Source of the DNA: Eledone cirrhosa
Taxonomy: Eukaryota
DNA length: 64,000 nt
Assembly (NCBI GenBank): GCA_964016885.1
Contig: OZ024740.1
Span: 340,876,001-340,940,000, forward strand
Direction of reading: 5' to 3'
Shown here: positions 24,175 to 37,585 of the stretch, in pieces
Layout: each line of letters starts with the position of its first letter
Numbering within the stretch: position 1 is the first letter of the stretch
Notes under the pieces: model-generated
What the model saw: only the letters and a program-made list of their open reading frames with translations
What the model was told of the DNA's origin: nothing
Databases searched by the model: none
Program-made: the position numbers and the translations under genes

Positions 24175-26000
24175 TGACAACAAGCACTTTAAGGGAATTT
24201 TCCCCACTAAAATAGGTTAGATTTACAAACCAACCCCATGACTGGCTTCTCCGTTTTGCCCTATTGTATACATCCCCACTCACAAACCCCTTGGTTTTCA
24301 TGTCTTCTTCCATAATCTTTAGCCATGTCACTCTTGGTTTTCCCCTTTCTCTACCTCCTTCCACATTCATATCCATTACTTCTCTTACCTAGTCATTTTC
24401 ATACTTCCTCAGCACATGACCTAACCATCTCATTCCATTTTACTTCACAAAATTCACCATTGGCTCTACTTCCATCATCCTTTGCAATGTATTGTTTGTC
24501 TTCTGTCTGTGATACTCCACTCATCCACTGAACAATTCTCATGTCTGTTGTGTCCAACCTTCTCTATTGCGCCATGTCCATCACCTATCTTGCTCCCATA
24601 AACCATGGCACTTCTCACACATGCAACACATACCTTTCCCTTCAGTTTCAGCGACATTCCCTTCCTCATTAGCATGCCACTCCGTTCTCAGAATTTCTTC
24701 CATGCACATCTCACTCAAGATTCTGTCACTGATCAACCTTCTTCATTCAACTTGTCTCCTAGGTAACAAAAATGTTCACACCATTTCCAAGAACTAGCTC
24801 ATCACTTGTAGCTTCCCCCACTTTATACTTAAATTTAGCTGCCACATTATTTAATAACCCCTTCGAACCATTACAATTTCACTGTTCACATGCAGTGCAT
24901 ATTGTGCATTTAATGGAGTTCCTACACACTGTATATATCCAGTTCTCACCACCTACTTTCCCATTTACCATCCACCTTTGTCTTTCTAATACCTTTTGTC
25001 TTCATACATTCTTTCCATCTATTTATCTTATCTTTTCCCTCATTCCATTTATACTCTCTGCTACTAACACCAGGTCATTTACATACATTAACTCTCATGG
25101 TAAACCCTCCTTTACACTTTGGACCAGCACCTCCAGCACAACTATAAAATGTAGTGGACTTAATATTGACCCCTGATGCACTCCAATCTTTACTTTAAAC
25201 TCATCACAGTTCCCTTCTTTTGTCTTTAAAACTATGCTCTCTCTCATATATTCTTAACACTACTCTAACCAACCGTTCCTCCATTCTTAACTCTCTCACT
25301 GTTCATGTCACTACTTCATGTGGAACCCTATCAAAAGCTTTCTCCAGATTTACCATCCAACTACAAAAAAAAAAACCCTTCCTTTTGTCCATGTACTTTT
25401 TCTGCAACTGCCTCAATAAAAACTGCATCAGTCATGCCTTTTCCTGGCACAAATCCAAACTGTTTCATCAGTTGTTACTTTTCCCAGCACTTATCTAAAC
25501 TGCATTTCATCAATCTTTTCCTAATCCTCTTCTCTAACACATTTTCTAATACCTTCATTCCATGTTCCGATAACTTAATTGCTCTATAATAGCCAGTTTA
25601 GAGGAATGCTATTCCCCTTGTACAGGGGAGTGAGAGTTGAGTAATTCCCAATTCACTAGAATACGGTCTTCTTTCATTAACTTACATATCTGTCATCTTC
25701 ACATTCCAACTTCCCACTACCTTTAACATTAATCCCACAACTCATGTTGGTCCTCCTGCTTTTCCAATCTTCAGTTTTCTTAATGTTTCTTCAGTTTCTT
25801 TCTCAGTTATCTTCTTTGCCAGTTTGAGAACTGGATTGCTCTCTATGTTGCCATCCCATTCAATCTCAACTGTCAACACAATCACTCCATATATCTTCCA
25901 CATTTCCTTTATTCCATCCAAGTCTACAATTTCTCCAACTTCATCCTTCAAGTAGTTCACTTATTATATTACCTCTTTATCTATGCTAATTGCTTTGCAA
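24175..26000 (-). mobile_element. Degraded RTE LINE (second family)
   Basis: KIGKAGGP, EKAFDRVP, GVHQGSILSP, LKGKVCVACVRSAMVYGS, RGKPRVTW. Its 3' end is shared with 45255-45480. Confidence 0.85.
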
Positions 26001-26676
26001 TCCTTAACACATAAATATTTATCACGGGCTTACACCTACCAAATTTCACTTAACCAGGCATCGATCAATCCAAGGTTATAACAAAACACTTGCTCAATGT
26101 ACCATGCATTAAGACTGAACACAAAACATTGTGGTTGCAAAGTGCACTCTTTACCACATAACCTTGTCTATATTATGGATAAGTACATATATATGTGTGC
26201 ACACACATTTATTTATATACATATGAATGAATGTATATATATATATATATTTATATCATCATCATTTAATCTATCTTTCCATGTTGGCATAGGTCAGATA
26301 GGGTTGTTACACACCAAGTCAGCACTTAATCAGAACTACTGTCCTTCCAGATGATTTAGGTCTCATCTCGCATGTTTCAGTTTAGATATAGTTGCTATAG
26401 CTGGATGCTCTTCCAACAACTTTACAGAATGTACTGGGTGCATTTTATCATGGCACCAGTACTTATAATGTTATCATGTCCTTGACATGACTGAAGAGTA
26501 AAATGTGGTCCCTCTGACCTGTCTAACAGAGCAGTATCTCTAAATAAAAGCTGACTGACTGTAATGCCCGGTCCAACCTATGCTGGAATGAAAAGTGGAC
26601 ATAATATTATATATATATAGAGAGAGAGAGAGAGAATGGAAAACGAAAAATCAATGACGCATCGGAACTCAATTCA

Positions 26677-26766
26677 TTGTTACAATTGTTTCCCCGGCGA
26701 ACAGCTCGGGGTGCGATCTGTGTATGGATCAACCTGACTCTAGACTCACAGGTTCCTCAGACACAT
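26677..26766 (-). ncRNA. Hammerhead-like motif with a long, branched stem II
   Basis: Minus: UGU CUGAGGA ...62 nt including an ACCUG/CAGGU hairpin... GAAA C aauu G UA ACA. Palindromic CAAUUG stem III. Lies in a segment between microsatellites. Confidence 0.45.
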
Positions 26767-28589
26767 CTATTGATTTCGGAGCGTATCCTCTTTCTTTTAT
26801 ATTCTATAATACTCTTCTCCGTAGGAGCAGAGTGCTCAACCGGCATACCGCCTATGGAAGCATCTTAGCTACCATTAGACATATATATATATATATATAT
26901 ATATAGGACTGAAAGAATCAGGAGGACTCTTTAGTTGTGTTAAAGACATGCCAACCTTTCTTGTACAAGTGCCATGATGAAATGCACTTGGTGGAATGCA
27001 AGAACATATATAATCGAGATGCAGGCCTGAAGAGCCTTGCTAGTTGGGAAAAACACATTAAATGATGCTGATGATGTATATGTATGTATATACATATATA
27101 TATGTACACATATATATATATAAATATATATACATAAACGCATTCACACATAGAGTTAACAAAGTAACAGGAAAGCACAAACAGCAAGGTCGATAAATAG
27201 AGGAAGAAAAAATGCAGGAAAACAAGAAAAACAAAATGAAAACAATTATCATTTATGAAGTATATGTTATAGTGAATACATTATGCCAATACATTGGGTT
27301 TCTTGAATGCAGTATGTGTTTGCATTTGTTCAGATAGCTAGCATGAGACTATAAATATAAGAAAATCAAGATGTTTTCCAAGATTTCATCTACATCTCAT
27401 GTGAGGCAGGATTTTAAATGTTGCTTGTTTTTTTGTGTATTTTTTTTTTCTCCTGAATATGCAAGAAACACTTGTTTAGGGTAATAAAACTTATTTCTCC
27501 ACAATCAGTTAAATATTTATAAAATTATTTCAAGTTTATAATGAATAAAATAATTGTTTCTACTTTTGGCACAAGGCCAGCAATTACCCAGTGCATTACT
27601 GGTACTTTATTTTATCGACCCTGTAAGGATGAAAGGCAAAGTTAACCTCAGCGGGAAAGAATGGAAATATAGGTGATGAAACTATAAACAAAGTTTGTGT
27701 GAATCTGGTTTAGAATAGGCACACCATATATACAAGTACTGATTCGTAACTATCTGTAACAATCATTCCAACCAATGGTAGCATGGAAAAAATGGATGTA
27801 AAATGATGATATATATATATATGTGTGTATGTGTGTGTGAAAATAAAACAACATTTACAGCACACACCTATGCAGGTTGAACTGGCATCCTATGAGGTTG
27901 CATGTCATAGGAGGTTTCTTGAATGTTTTAACGATATGGGCTCCAGTTCTTGAAATGTAGCATCGCGCTCAAGAACCCAATGCATCACCCTATCCAAGAA
28001 AAGTATCCACGCTTTTGTGTATTGGTTAACACAGTTTTCCGACACATACACACACGTTATTGCTGATCATCCATCATTTCTGATGAGAAGTACTCCAGTT
28101 TATTCAATCAATGGAACTGCTTATCATGGAATAATGTGTAAGTGGCTGAGCATTCCACAGGCACATGCACCCATAACGAAGTTCTCAGGGAGATTCAGCA
28201 TTACACAATATATAAGGTTTGTACAATGCATTTTTGCCAGCAGTGTCAACTGAAGAAATGTGAAATAAAGTGACTTGCTCAAGAAGATGATGTGCTGCTG
28301 TCCGGTCTGGGAATCGATTTCATGACCTTACAATCGTAAGGCCAGCATCCTGACCACTACACCTTTATATATATATATGTGTGTGTGTGTGTGTAAAATT
28401 AGATGTAAAAGCTGATGAGCGTGTTTTGACGAGGTTAATACTATAGAATTACATAACTGGTATTGATTAGTCAATATATCGATATCATCATGGTTCATTT
28501 CACTCTTTGAAACGATCGTAAAACTGGATTAATTAAGCACTGAACCTCAACTTTTTGTTTTCATTGTTCAACCTATGTGTGTGTGTGTA

Positions 28590-29149
28590 CCGTATTTGAC
28601 GGTTTGTGAGACGCATGAGCTTATAAGAGACCTCAATTTTGGCAGGCATTAAAAAAAAATGGGTTTAAACTACGAATGTCTCAAGTGGAAGGTATAAAGT
28701 TTGTGTATTTTTTTAGGTATAAAGTTTGTACATTGTATTTTTTAAATTATCATTTTACATCGTAATTCTAGTTGTAATATTTGAGTACATTTTTAAAACA
28801 AGGAATTGTGAAAATAAATTTACTTTATTCTCTACATCGTATTTTTTGTTGAAATATTTAGTACATTTTTTAAACAAAAGAAAGTGAAGATAAATTTATT
28901 TTATTCATCATAAAATTTATTAAAATTGTTTTTTTTTTTTTTTTTTTTTTTAGAAAAGAGTTGCTGTTGTTGACGTAGGAATCACCATCTTGTTTACATT
29001 TGCGGAGCTGTTTGCGATTTAATTTAAGGGCCACTGCAGCACTAGAACTCCACTAACCAAACTGACCCTTGACCTTATAAGACGCAGGGTGATTTTCTAG
29101 GGCATTTTTTTGAACAAATAAACAGCGTCTTATAAGTCGCCAAATACGT
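28590..29149. mobile_element. Tc1/pogo-type non-autonomous element
   Basis: TA|CCGTATTTGACGG..GAGACGC and GCGTCTTATAAGTCGCCAAATACGT|TA termini, internal CTTATAAGACGC repeats and a TA TSD. Confidence 0.7.
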
Positions 29150-29584
29150 TATATAATATACATATAATTTAATTCACACTGACTTTGAGGTTTCCATGGG
29201 TCTGTGGATTATTCAAACTGTGAAATAGGAAGGCAGGCAGCAAGTCTTAAATGTCTATTTTATGGAGGAGTGGGAGAAATTAGTTCAAGTAGGAGGGGAG
29301 ATTGTTCAATATTTACTCTGAGGTGGAAGTAAAAGTAAGTGTAAGAGCAAAGGGGGTTTGAGCATGAAGTTAATGCTAAAAGGAAATACAGTGACTTCAG
29401 AGATGAATGGAGATTTTAAGGATTTAAAAGGGTTAATGAAATATACGAAGAGTTACGAGGTTACTAAGGGTGTGGGGGCGGCTAAAAGTCTCAACATCAT
29501 TCGAACATAACGTAAGACATATTTAAACTCAAAGATATACACATATCCATAAGTACACTTCCTTACACACACATATGCATACAT

Positions 29585-30355
29585 CATGAAGTCTGTCAAA
29601 AAACTATCCAGCTGTATTTTTCCCACGAGAAGTAATGATATAAGGAAGTGGAGCTGAATACATTTATGCACATGCAGGTTTTTTTGGCTTCCTGGATGTG
29701 CCAGTCACTTTCAGCAAGCAGCATGCAAGGTGCTGTACTACTTACATGTCACATTTTCATTTAGCTGAATACTGCCAACAAGAAGCCTGAGTTCCTGAAT
29801 ACCATAACTGGTGAGGTGATAAGACACATGCATGTATGGTTATGATGCAGAAACCATCGGTCATTACAGTGGAAGCATCCAATGTCACCAAAGCCCCCAA
29901 AAGCATGTGAGGTGCAGAGAAAATATACACCAGAAGGACAGTTACAAAGATGTACTGTTAAGAAGTCCTCAGAGGTCTTTGTGATGCAGTTCAGCAGAAG
30001 AGACCAGATCTGTTCGTCTCATAAAACTGGCAGCTGCTTCATGACAATGTCCTAGCTTATTCGTCACAGCTGATTCAAGGTTTCTTGGTCAACAAAGATA
30101 TTTTGCTCATTTCTGACTTCTGGCTGTTTTCAAAAAGTGAAGATGCCACTGAAAGGCTTTAAGAGCTGAGGGCACATTATGTGGACTTCAACAGTGGAAC
30201 AATGAGTCATTCTGGAAGAAGCATTCCAGATGCATTTCAAACAGTGAAAGGATCACTAGGCTAAGCATATGGAAACATAAGGGGCCTACTTCAAAGGGGA
30301 TTAGCAATAGAACCCCACCAAGTATGTAATTTTTTTCCCCTGTCAAAAGTTGGTT
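29585..30355 (+). mobile_element. Mariner transposase remnant
   Basis: Broken ITGE, YGYDAET, QWKH..SP, WQLLHDN, DFWLF, LKG and GAYFKG motifs. Confidence 0.85.
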
Positions 30356-31602
30356 ATTCTTTTTTTTTTGTTGTTGTTGACAGATTTCATCTCTCTCTCT
30401 CTCTCTATATATATATATAATAAAAAAAAACATGCATACACAAACACACACAAATAAAAGAATTTAAATAAAGTAAAATTTAAAAAACCTGCCATATAGA
30501 TCATATAGAAGGATATTAAATACACAACACCAAAGGTTGTAGAAAGAAATAATGTATGCCAAGAAGTTGAATGTAAACTAGGGTGGAAATTAGACAAGTT
30601 CAATAAATCACTAAATGAGACAGCTCAACAGTTCAGAATATATAAGATGATTGTAACAATTATGTATAACAATACAATATACAAGCTGAAATGAAATAAG
30701 TTAATCCTTTTGTTCTATGATACAAAATTGTTAATATTCATATATATCTAAAAAAACTTTTTATGAGAACTTCTTTCTGCTCAGCTCCAAACAGCAGCTT
30801 AATAATGAGAGAGCCCTAGAGCAAATCCCAAGCAACGCCAGGCTATTCAGCTAGTATTACCTAAATCTATTGAAATTCTTGATTATTAATAATGACTTCT
30901 TATATAGGCACAAGGCCAGCAATTTTGGGGGAGAGGAAAGTCGATTAAATTGACCCCAGTGCATGACTGGTACTTTATTTTATCAACCCCGTAAGGATGA
31001 AAGGCAAAGTTAACCTTGGCGGGATTTGAACTCAGATCATAAAGGGGCGTAACTCTATGCTGCAAAGCATGGCGTCCAACCCTCTACCGATACTGCCAAT
31101 CTACCGCCTTATTGATTATTAATAATAATTGTTTCTACTTTTGGCACAAGGCCAGCAATTATCCCAGTGCATTACTGGTACTTTATTTTATCGACCCTAT
31201 AAGGATGAAAGACAAAGTTAACCTCGGCAGGATTTGATTATTAATAATAATAATAATAATTGAACATCATCTTACAAATATGGTAATGAAAGGTTTCAAT
31301 AAATAAATAAAAGGAGTCAAATACTGTAAAATAAAATAAATAAATGGAATTATGAGAAATGTATTCACAAATATATGAATTACTAAATGATATATTTAAC
31401 AAAAGACTACATTGTAGTAATACACTAATATGATATGCATCTGTAGATTGGGTGCACACTGGTGAATTATCCCTTCCACAACATGGACATGTGCCAATAA
31501 AATATTGACTTAAAAGATTCCACCCAACACATGGCAGCTTGGAAAAGTGAACATAAAAAGACAATGAAGATAATGACAATGAAGATAATAAAATATATGT
31601 GG

Positions 31603-31648
<46 letters not shown>

Positions 31649-31649
<1 letters not shown>

Positions 31650-32797
31650 TAGCCGAATTATCTGCGCCTTGCTGCATTTCACACATTTTTTGGGGTAAAA
31701 AAATGATGATTGATTTTAAATCAGTGATATAATTTATGGAGAAAATCTCTGCATTTCAATATTACTCAATGTAAAATGCAATGCATAAAAAATTGGAAAA
31801 CATTATTTTTTGTAATATATCAAATCAAAATTACATTATTAAATCTTATTCTTATTTTGTTTCTTGTAAATATTTTTTTTCAAAATATCAATTCAAACCT
31901 TTTGTGAATAGGCATCATATCTTGTCATTTACCTATGGTTTAAATTTCATATAAATTAAAGGGAAAAAATTTTCAGCGGGGGTTTTGTGCCCCGGGGAAC
32001 CCTTTGATTAAAATTAAATATACTTATTCAAGTACCCTGGGCAATGTAGTTTCAGAATATATATGGCTATGGGGGTCTATCTCAAAAACCATAGAAGGAG
32101 TTTGTGAAATCTTGTTCCATTTATTAGCCAAAATTTTCACTATAGGGGGTTTAACCTCCATTAGGGTGTCTTAATATTATTGAAATTTGCTGATATTTTG
32201 TGAATATGCATCATATCTTGTCATTTACCTATGGTTTAAATTTCATATAAATTGAAGGGAAAACATTTTCAGCAGGGGTTTGTGGCCCCAGGGAACCCTT
32301 TGATTAAAATGAAATATACTGGAGGTACATGGCTTAGTGGTTAGAGCATTGGGCTTGCAATCGAAAGGTTGTGAGTTCAATTCTCAGACCGGGTGATGTG
32401 TTGTTTCCTTGAGCAAGACACTTTATTTCACATTGCTCCAGTTTACTCAGCTGTAGAAATGAGATGATAGGGACTGGGGTCCATATCATTTCACTACAAA
32501 GTGGTCGTGCAGGTGCCACGACAAAAAAGCACCCAGCATCACTGTAAATGAGGTTGGTGTTAGGAAGGGTATCCAGCTCTAGAAATCAAGCCACAATCAG
32601 TTCCCGTCCCACCCTTGCAAGCAGGGAAAAAGCGGACGTAAAAAAAAAATGAAAAATGAAAATGAAATACTTATCCAAGTACCCTGGGCAATGTAGTTTC
32701 AGAATATATATGGTTATGGGGGTCTATCTCCAAAACCATAGGAATAGTTTGTGAACAAACAAACAAACAGACAGGAATACAACTTTATATATATAGA
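31649..32797 (-). mobile_element. Non-autonomous Helitron with an internal ~300-bp duplication and a nested SINE
   Basis: Minus strand starts TCTATATATATAAAG and ends ..GGCTAG|T. Segment ~31900-32105 is repeated at ~32200-32755. Confidence 0.7.
32321..32658 (+). mobile_element. tRNA-derived CORE-SINE with an RTE-type tail; second copy at 39071-39464 (-)
   Basis: A box TGGCTTAGTGG, B box GAGTTCAATTC, CORE-like CCTTGAGCAAGACACTT..CAGTTTACTCAGCTGTAGAAATGAG, then GTTAGGAAGGG..GGACGTAAAA. TSD AAAATGAAATA(TA)CT. Confidence 0.85.
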
Positions 32798-33034
32798 TAT
32801 ATATGCATATCATCATTGTTGCTTATATATATATATATACACACACACGCACGCAGGAGGAACATTTGAAAGTGTTTACACATCATCTCATTCTTTTCAC
32901 AGCTAGGGCTTTCAATTAAAAAATGGTAGTCATATCTACCTTAAGTTTACCTGAATCTTCAAATATACAGTGTTTTAGCATAAATATTCATTATGAGAGT
33001 TATAAATATTCTCTTTATGTTGGATCTCTGTTGG

Positions 33035-33410
33035 TTCCAATGACAAGTGTTCCAGTAGATTGATCAACAGAGTAATCAGCTTGTGGTATTAACATGTAAG
33101 AGGCTGAGTATTCCACAGACACGAGTACCTTTAACTAGCCTGTGGCTTAGTGGTTAGGGTGTTCAACTCATGATCATAAGGTCATGAATTTGACTTTAGG
33201 AAGAAACTTTTTACATTACTCCCATCCATTTAGCTGGAAAATATGAGTTGTACCGTAATTCAAAAAGTCAGCTTTGAATCTCCGTGAGATCTACATTAAG
33301 GGTACAGATATCTGTGGAACACTCAGTCACCAGCGCATTAATTTCATGTGCAGGCTGTTCAGTTGATCAAATTAATTGGAACATTCATTGTCAGAACCAA
33401 TAAAGGTCCA
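33035..33410. mobile_element. CORE-SINE with a different 3' tail, inverted pair; other copies at 4858-5000, 28075-28340 and 58310-58572
   Basis: Shared GTGGCTGAGCATTCCACAG..GGAGATTC tail with a tRNA/CORE head. Confidence 0.65.
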
Positions 33411-33459
33411 ATCCACACACATGTATATATTAGATATAGGGTATAGATCTAACAGAAGG

Positions 33460-33498
33460 CCCTCTCTATTTTGACTCATTATCAAGCCTCATCAGAGG
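33460..33498 (-). ncRNA. Degenerate hammerhead remnant
   Basis: Minus: CCU CUGAUGA GGCUU-gauaau-GAGUC AAAA (G12A). Stem III and the cleavage site are eroded. Confidence 0.35.
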
Positions 33499-34439
33499 TA
33501 ATTAACTCTGGTAGTGGCTTCAACATATCTTAGTCTTGGGATATGTAAATAAGTTGGTATAAATATACAAGTGTGATTTAAAAGAAAAAAAAGAGAAAAA
33601 GAAAAGAGAATCAGGGTAAACTATATATATATGTATGTGTATGCAGGCGCATGTATGCATGTGAAAGCATATGGCTTAGTGGTGTTTTCAAATCACAGTT
33701 GTAAGGATAACAGATATATGATGTTGATGAAGATAATATATATGCTCTCACAGATTGCCTCAGTCAAAATCACTCACAAGAAAACATCTGAGAAATTTGG
33801 ACAGAATAAATATCATAGTGGTTTAGTTTATAGGTTTTCTTGTACATATATTCATCGGTGAATATGTATGAACACACACAAACATACATTTATAATAAGC
33901 ACTGGTATGAGAAAGATTCTTTGTATGTGTGAAACAGAGGGAGAAATAGTGAGACATAGAGAAATACATAACGAGAATGAGTTGCAAACAGAAAAATTGG
34001 GAGAGAAAAGAAAAAGAGGGATTAAAGAGAGACTAAAGCAGAAAGAGAAAAAGAGACAGTTTAACATTAAAAACTGATAATGTATTTTCAGATGTGTCTT
34101 AACTTCCCACGAACACTATCTGTGTTTCCTTTTTCTCCCAATACCACTCAATTACAAATGTTTGTCTTTCTCCAACTTCTTTCTTAAAACCTGTTTTATT
34201 CCAGGGGTAGACTAGAACTGGGTTTTCATTTTTGCTCATGCAGTTTTACACATAAATGCAGAACCATATACTATATGCTCAAAGATATGTGGACATATAC
34301 GTACACCCTATTAGTCATAGACTGTATGCTTACATACAAATGCATACATCCCTCTACATGCATAAATGTACAAGTACCCGAGTAAATACACATAAAGATT
34401 ATACATTTTTTCTGTTGAGGGTATGAAAGACAACCTATT

Positions 34440-35030
34440 CGAAAAAAGCATGGGTTTAGAAGTATCTAAGTGTTTTGTAGAGTATTTATGAAGTATGTTT
34501 GATTTACAGAGAAGTATTTCAAGCTTTAGATGTACATAACTGACATATCTTTTTTTATTCCTAGAGTAGGGTTTTGCAAAGGAGAGTATTTTTCATTTGA
34601 TATCATAGGTCTTGCTGGCGTTTTTTAGTGACCAGATGTAATTTTCAAAGGCTGTATCTGTTTTCCGTTTTGGTTGCAGAATGAATAGATATGATTGTAG
34701 CATTGGTTTTTAAATATATTAGCTGTAAGACATTTTTGTGGAATCTATGTATGATAGCTAAATATACAAGTTCTTTTGCTATTTACCTGCTTATGAGGCA
34801 AGTGTTAAGTTTGATATAATAAGATGTTTGTGAGTTACTGTTTTGAGTTAAGAGTTTTGATTGGTTAGCAGTAGATATTATCTGCTCAAAGTTAATGGGG
34901 TAATAATAAAATACTTTAACATTCTTCTGGTTTAGAGGTTTGTGATATTTGTGTGCAGATAGGCATTGTTGATGTAAAAGTTTAGGTACTAGGCTAGATA
35001 CTTTCAGATTGAATTGTTATGCTGTAGGAA
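34440..35030 (-). mobile_element. Penelope-like element ORF remnant (linker plus GIY-YIG endonuclease)
   Basis: Broken minus-strand translations HKYHKPLNQKNVKVFY..NFEQIIS; C..KELVYLA; TANIFKNQCYNHIYSF; NYIWSLKNASKTYDIK*KILSFAKPYS..CQLC match the PLE GIY-YIG C-terminal pattern. Confidence 0.75.
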
Positions 35031-36069
35031 GTATTGCTTATGATGATGATGATGATATATATATATATATATTTAAAAAATAGACAAGCCAAACACAGAG
35101 ATGCAAAATTACAAAGTCTTATTAGTTTCATGCTTAGGAAGAAATAAATGAGGGTTTCGACATGTCAGACATATACATACACTCATCACACACATATATA
35201 ACCATATACAGGAAAACTTGGGATGATGTGGTAAAGGCAAACTTCATGAAGGATGTGAAACAGGTTTGAGTCAAATGGCAACATGATACACTACAGAAGA
35301 CTCATCTACCCACACAAGCATAGTAAAATGCAAGCAGGGAGGTGTAACAACCTTTATAAGCACCCCATACTTCCTCCATCATTATCTCCCACTTAGTTTC
35401 CACATCCCATTCACACCACTGATTTCGCTTTTGCTCACCCAACCCCTGCCAGCATGGCAATATAGACTTGACTTCCACTTTCCTAATCTAACCCATGCTA
35501 GTGCGGAAAGAAGTGCCCTCACTGATATTGTTTCCCTCTCCCACCATCTAAGAAAAATATATATCCTACACCCCCCCACCCCCACCCCTGATTCACTTCA
35601 GTTCAACCCATGCTAGCATGGAAAGTAAGGCACACCTCACAATATACCATTAGAAGCAACTCTCTCTCTTCAAGGCCACTCTCATTAATGCCCCCCCCCC
35701 CCCCCCCCAGTGCTTGTGCCATGATGAAAAGCACCCTGTCTGCACTAAGGCAGCAATGTTGGTGCCATGACCAGAAACACCCAGTCCACTCTGTATCATG
35801 GTAGAGCCAGAGTCATGCTAAAATGTTACCAATGCATACTGTAAAGTGGTTGGCATTAGGAAAGACATTTAACTGAAGAAAGCAAGCCAAATGGAGCATA
35901 CGGTTAAGACATAGTCACCTGACTAGTCCAGCCTCAGTATGTGACAACCCGTTTAAACCAGGCAAGCATAGAAATTAAATGACAATGATGATATACAAAT
36001 ACATATATATCTTTAATCTATCTAGCTAACTGTCTGTCTATCTACCTACCTATTTGGAAGAAGAATCAG

Positions 36070-36415
36070 GATGGAGAGAGAGGTGCTGTACCCCAGCAAG
36101 TTTTATGAAAGGAGGGTGAAAGTGGCGAGAATGGCCCGAGTGAATGGGCCTTCTCTCTATATCAGCCTGTAGGTTGAGGAAAAGGAGGCGGAGAGGAAAG
36201 GAGTACAAACTCTTCGTACTCCTGGAGATGAGGGTTGCACATTTTTTTTTCGGGGGTATGTGTTACCCATATAAACTGTCTCCCTCTATTGGGGAAAATC
36301 GACTAACTTTTTTAAATTCCATTTGTGATAACATTTTACACGTTTTTATTGTATGTAAACTTCCCCCTTTGTATTTGTCCCCTTCTTTTGTGCCCCTGTG
36401 GCTAATAAAGAAATA
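36070..36415 (+). mobile_element. 3' fragment of a related Tx1-like LINE
   Basis: REVLYPSKFYERRVKVARM remnant homologous to 21775-21850. Ends CCCTGTGGCTAATAAAGAAA within (TATC)n. A ~30-bp tail copy lies at 53398-53428 (-). Confidence 0.7.
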
Positions 36416-36821
36416 TATCTATGTACCTATGTATCTACCTACACATCTGTATATCAATCTACCTACCTACCATCTGTCTATCTGACTGCTTGACTGTCAA
36501 TCTATGGTCATCTTTCTATGTATATTTACCAACATATCTATCTTCAGACAAGAACAACAAATCTCAAATCCAAATAACACTTTGAGGATAGATAGATACA
36601 TACATACATTAGCAGAACAAAGTCATCATAAATTAGTGGTTATATGTTTATTAATGATTAAAGAAAATTATTGTTCTTGGATTAAATGAATGTAAAATGA
36701 AATATGACACTGGCTGGAGTGACAAGAGGGAGACGGTAAAAAAAAATCGAGGATTTAATTATCTTCACATAGAATATTATAATCAAGAATCTAAAAATAT
36801 ATTTTTTTACTATAAACCCCA

Positions 36822-37210
36822 TCAAGGTCTGTTGAAAAATTATGACTTCATTTTTTCATATAGCAAGTATTAATGTTAAGACAAAAAAGTGTGCAGAGTG
36901 GAGTTGCATACATTCTTGTGCATGCACGGATTTTGGCGAGCTTGCTGGATGTATCAGTCACTGTCAGGTAGCTAGCATGTGAAGTGCAGAGTATTTACTT
37001 GTGGCATTTTTATTTCACCTTTTATTGCCAACAAGTTACTGAATACTGTGATATTTTGAGATGCAATATGGGTGTATGAGTATGACATGGAAACCAAAGC
37101 TCATTCAACATCACCAAGGCTCAAAAATGCATGCCAGGGAGGAGCCAAATCATAGTTATGTATGCTGTTTTATTCAACTACAGTAGCATTGTGCATCACA
37201 AATATTGTCT
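36822..37210 (+). mobile_element. Mariner remnant
   Basis: WVYEYDMETK, SPRLKNA and IVHH motifs. The 5' part resembles the 29585 element. Confidence 0.65.
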
Positions 37211-37477
37211 TAAAACACCGTTCACATATATTCATACACATACACACACACATATATATATATATACACAAACTAGACAACCTGTCTAACCCATGCTAGC
37301 ATATCATCATCACCATTTAACATCCATTTTTCCATGCTAGCATGGGTTAGACGAATTGTCCCGTTGTGAGACTTCAACAAAACCAAGTTTTGCTTTGCTT
37401 CGATGGAATATTTACATCATCACTACATAGTTATAAGTCCTACTGTAATTGAGTAGAAAATTAATGTGTGTGTGTTC

Positions 37478-37585
<108 letters not shown>

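Noticed and set aside
27870-28000. HDV-like ribozyme at a possible retroelement 5' end
   Set aside because: I could not build consistent P1-P4 pairings.
32321-32400. tRNA gene
   Set aside because: A and B boxes are present but there is no acceptor stem, and the sequence continues into the SINE body.
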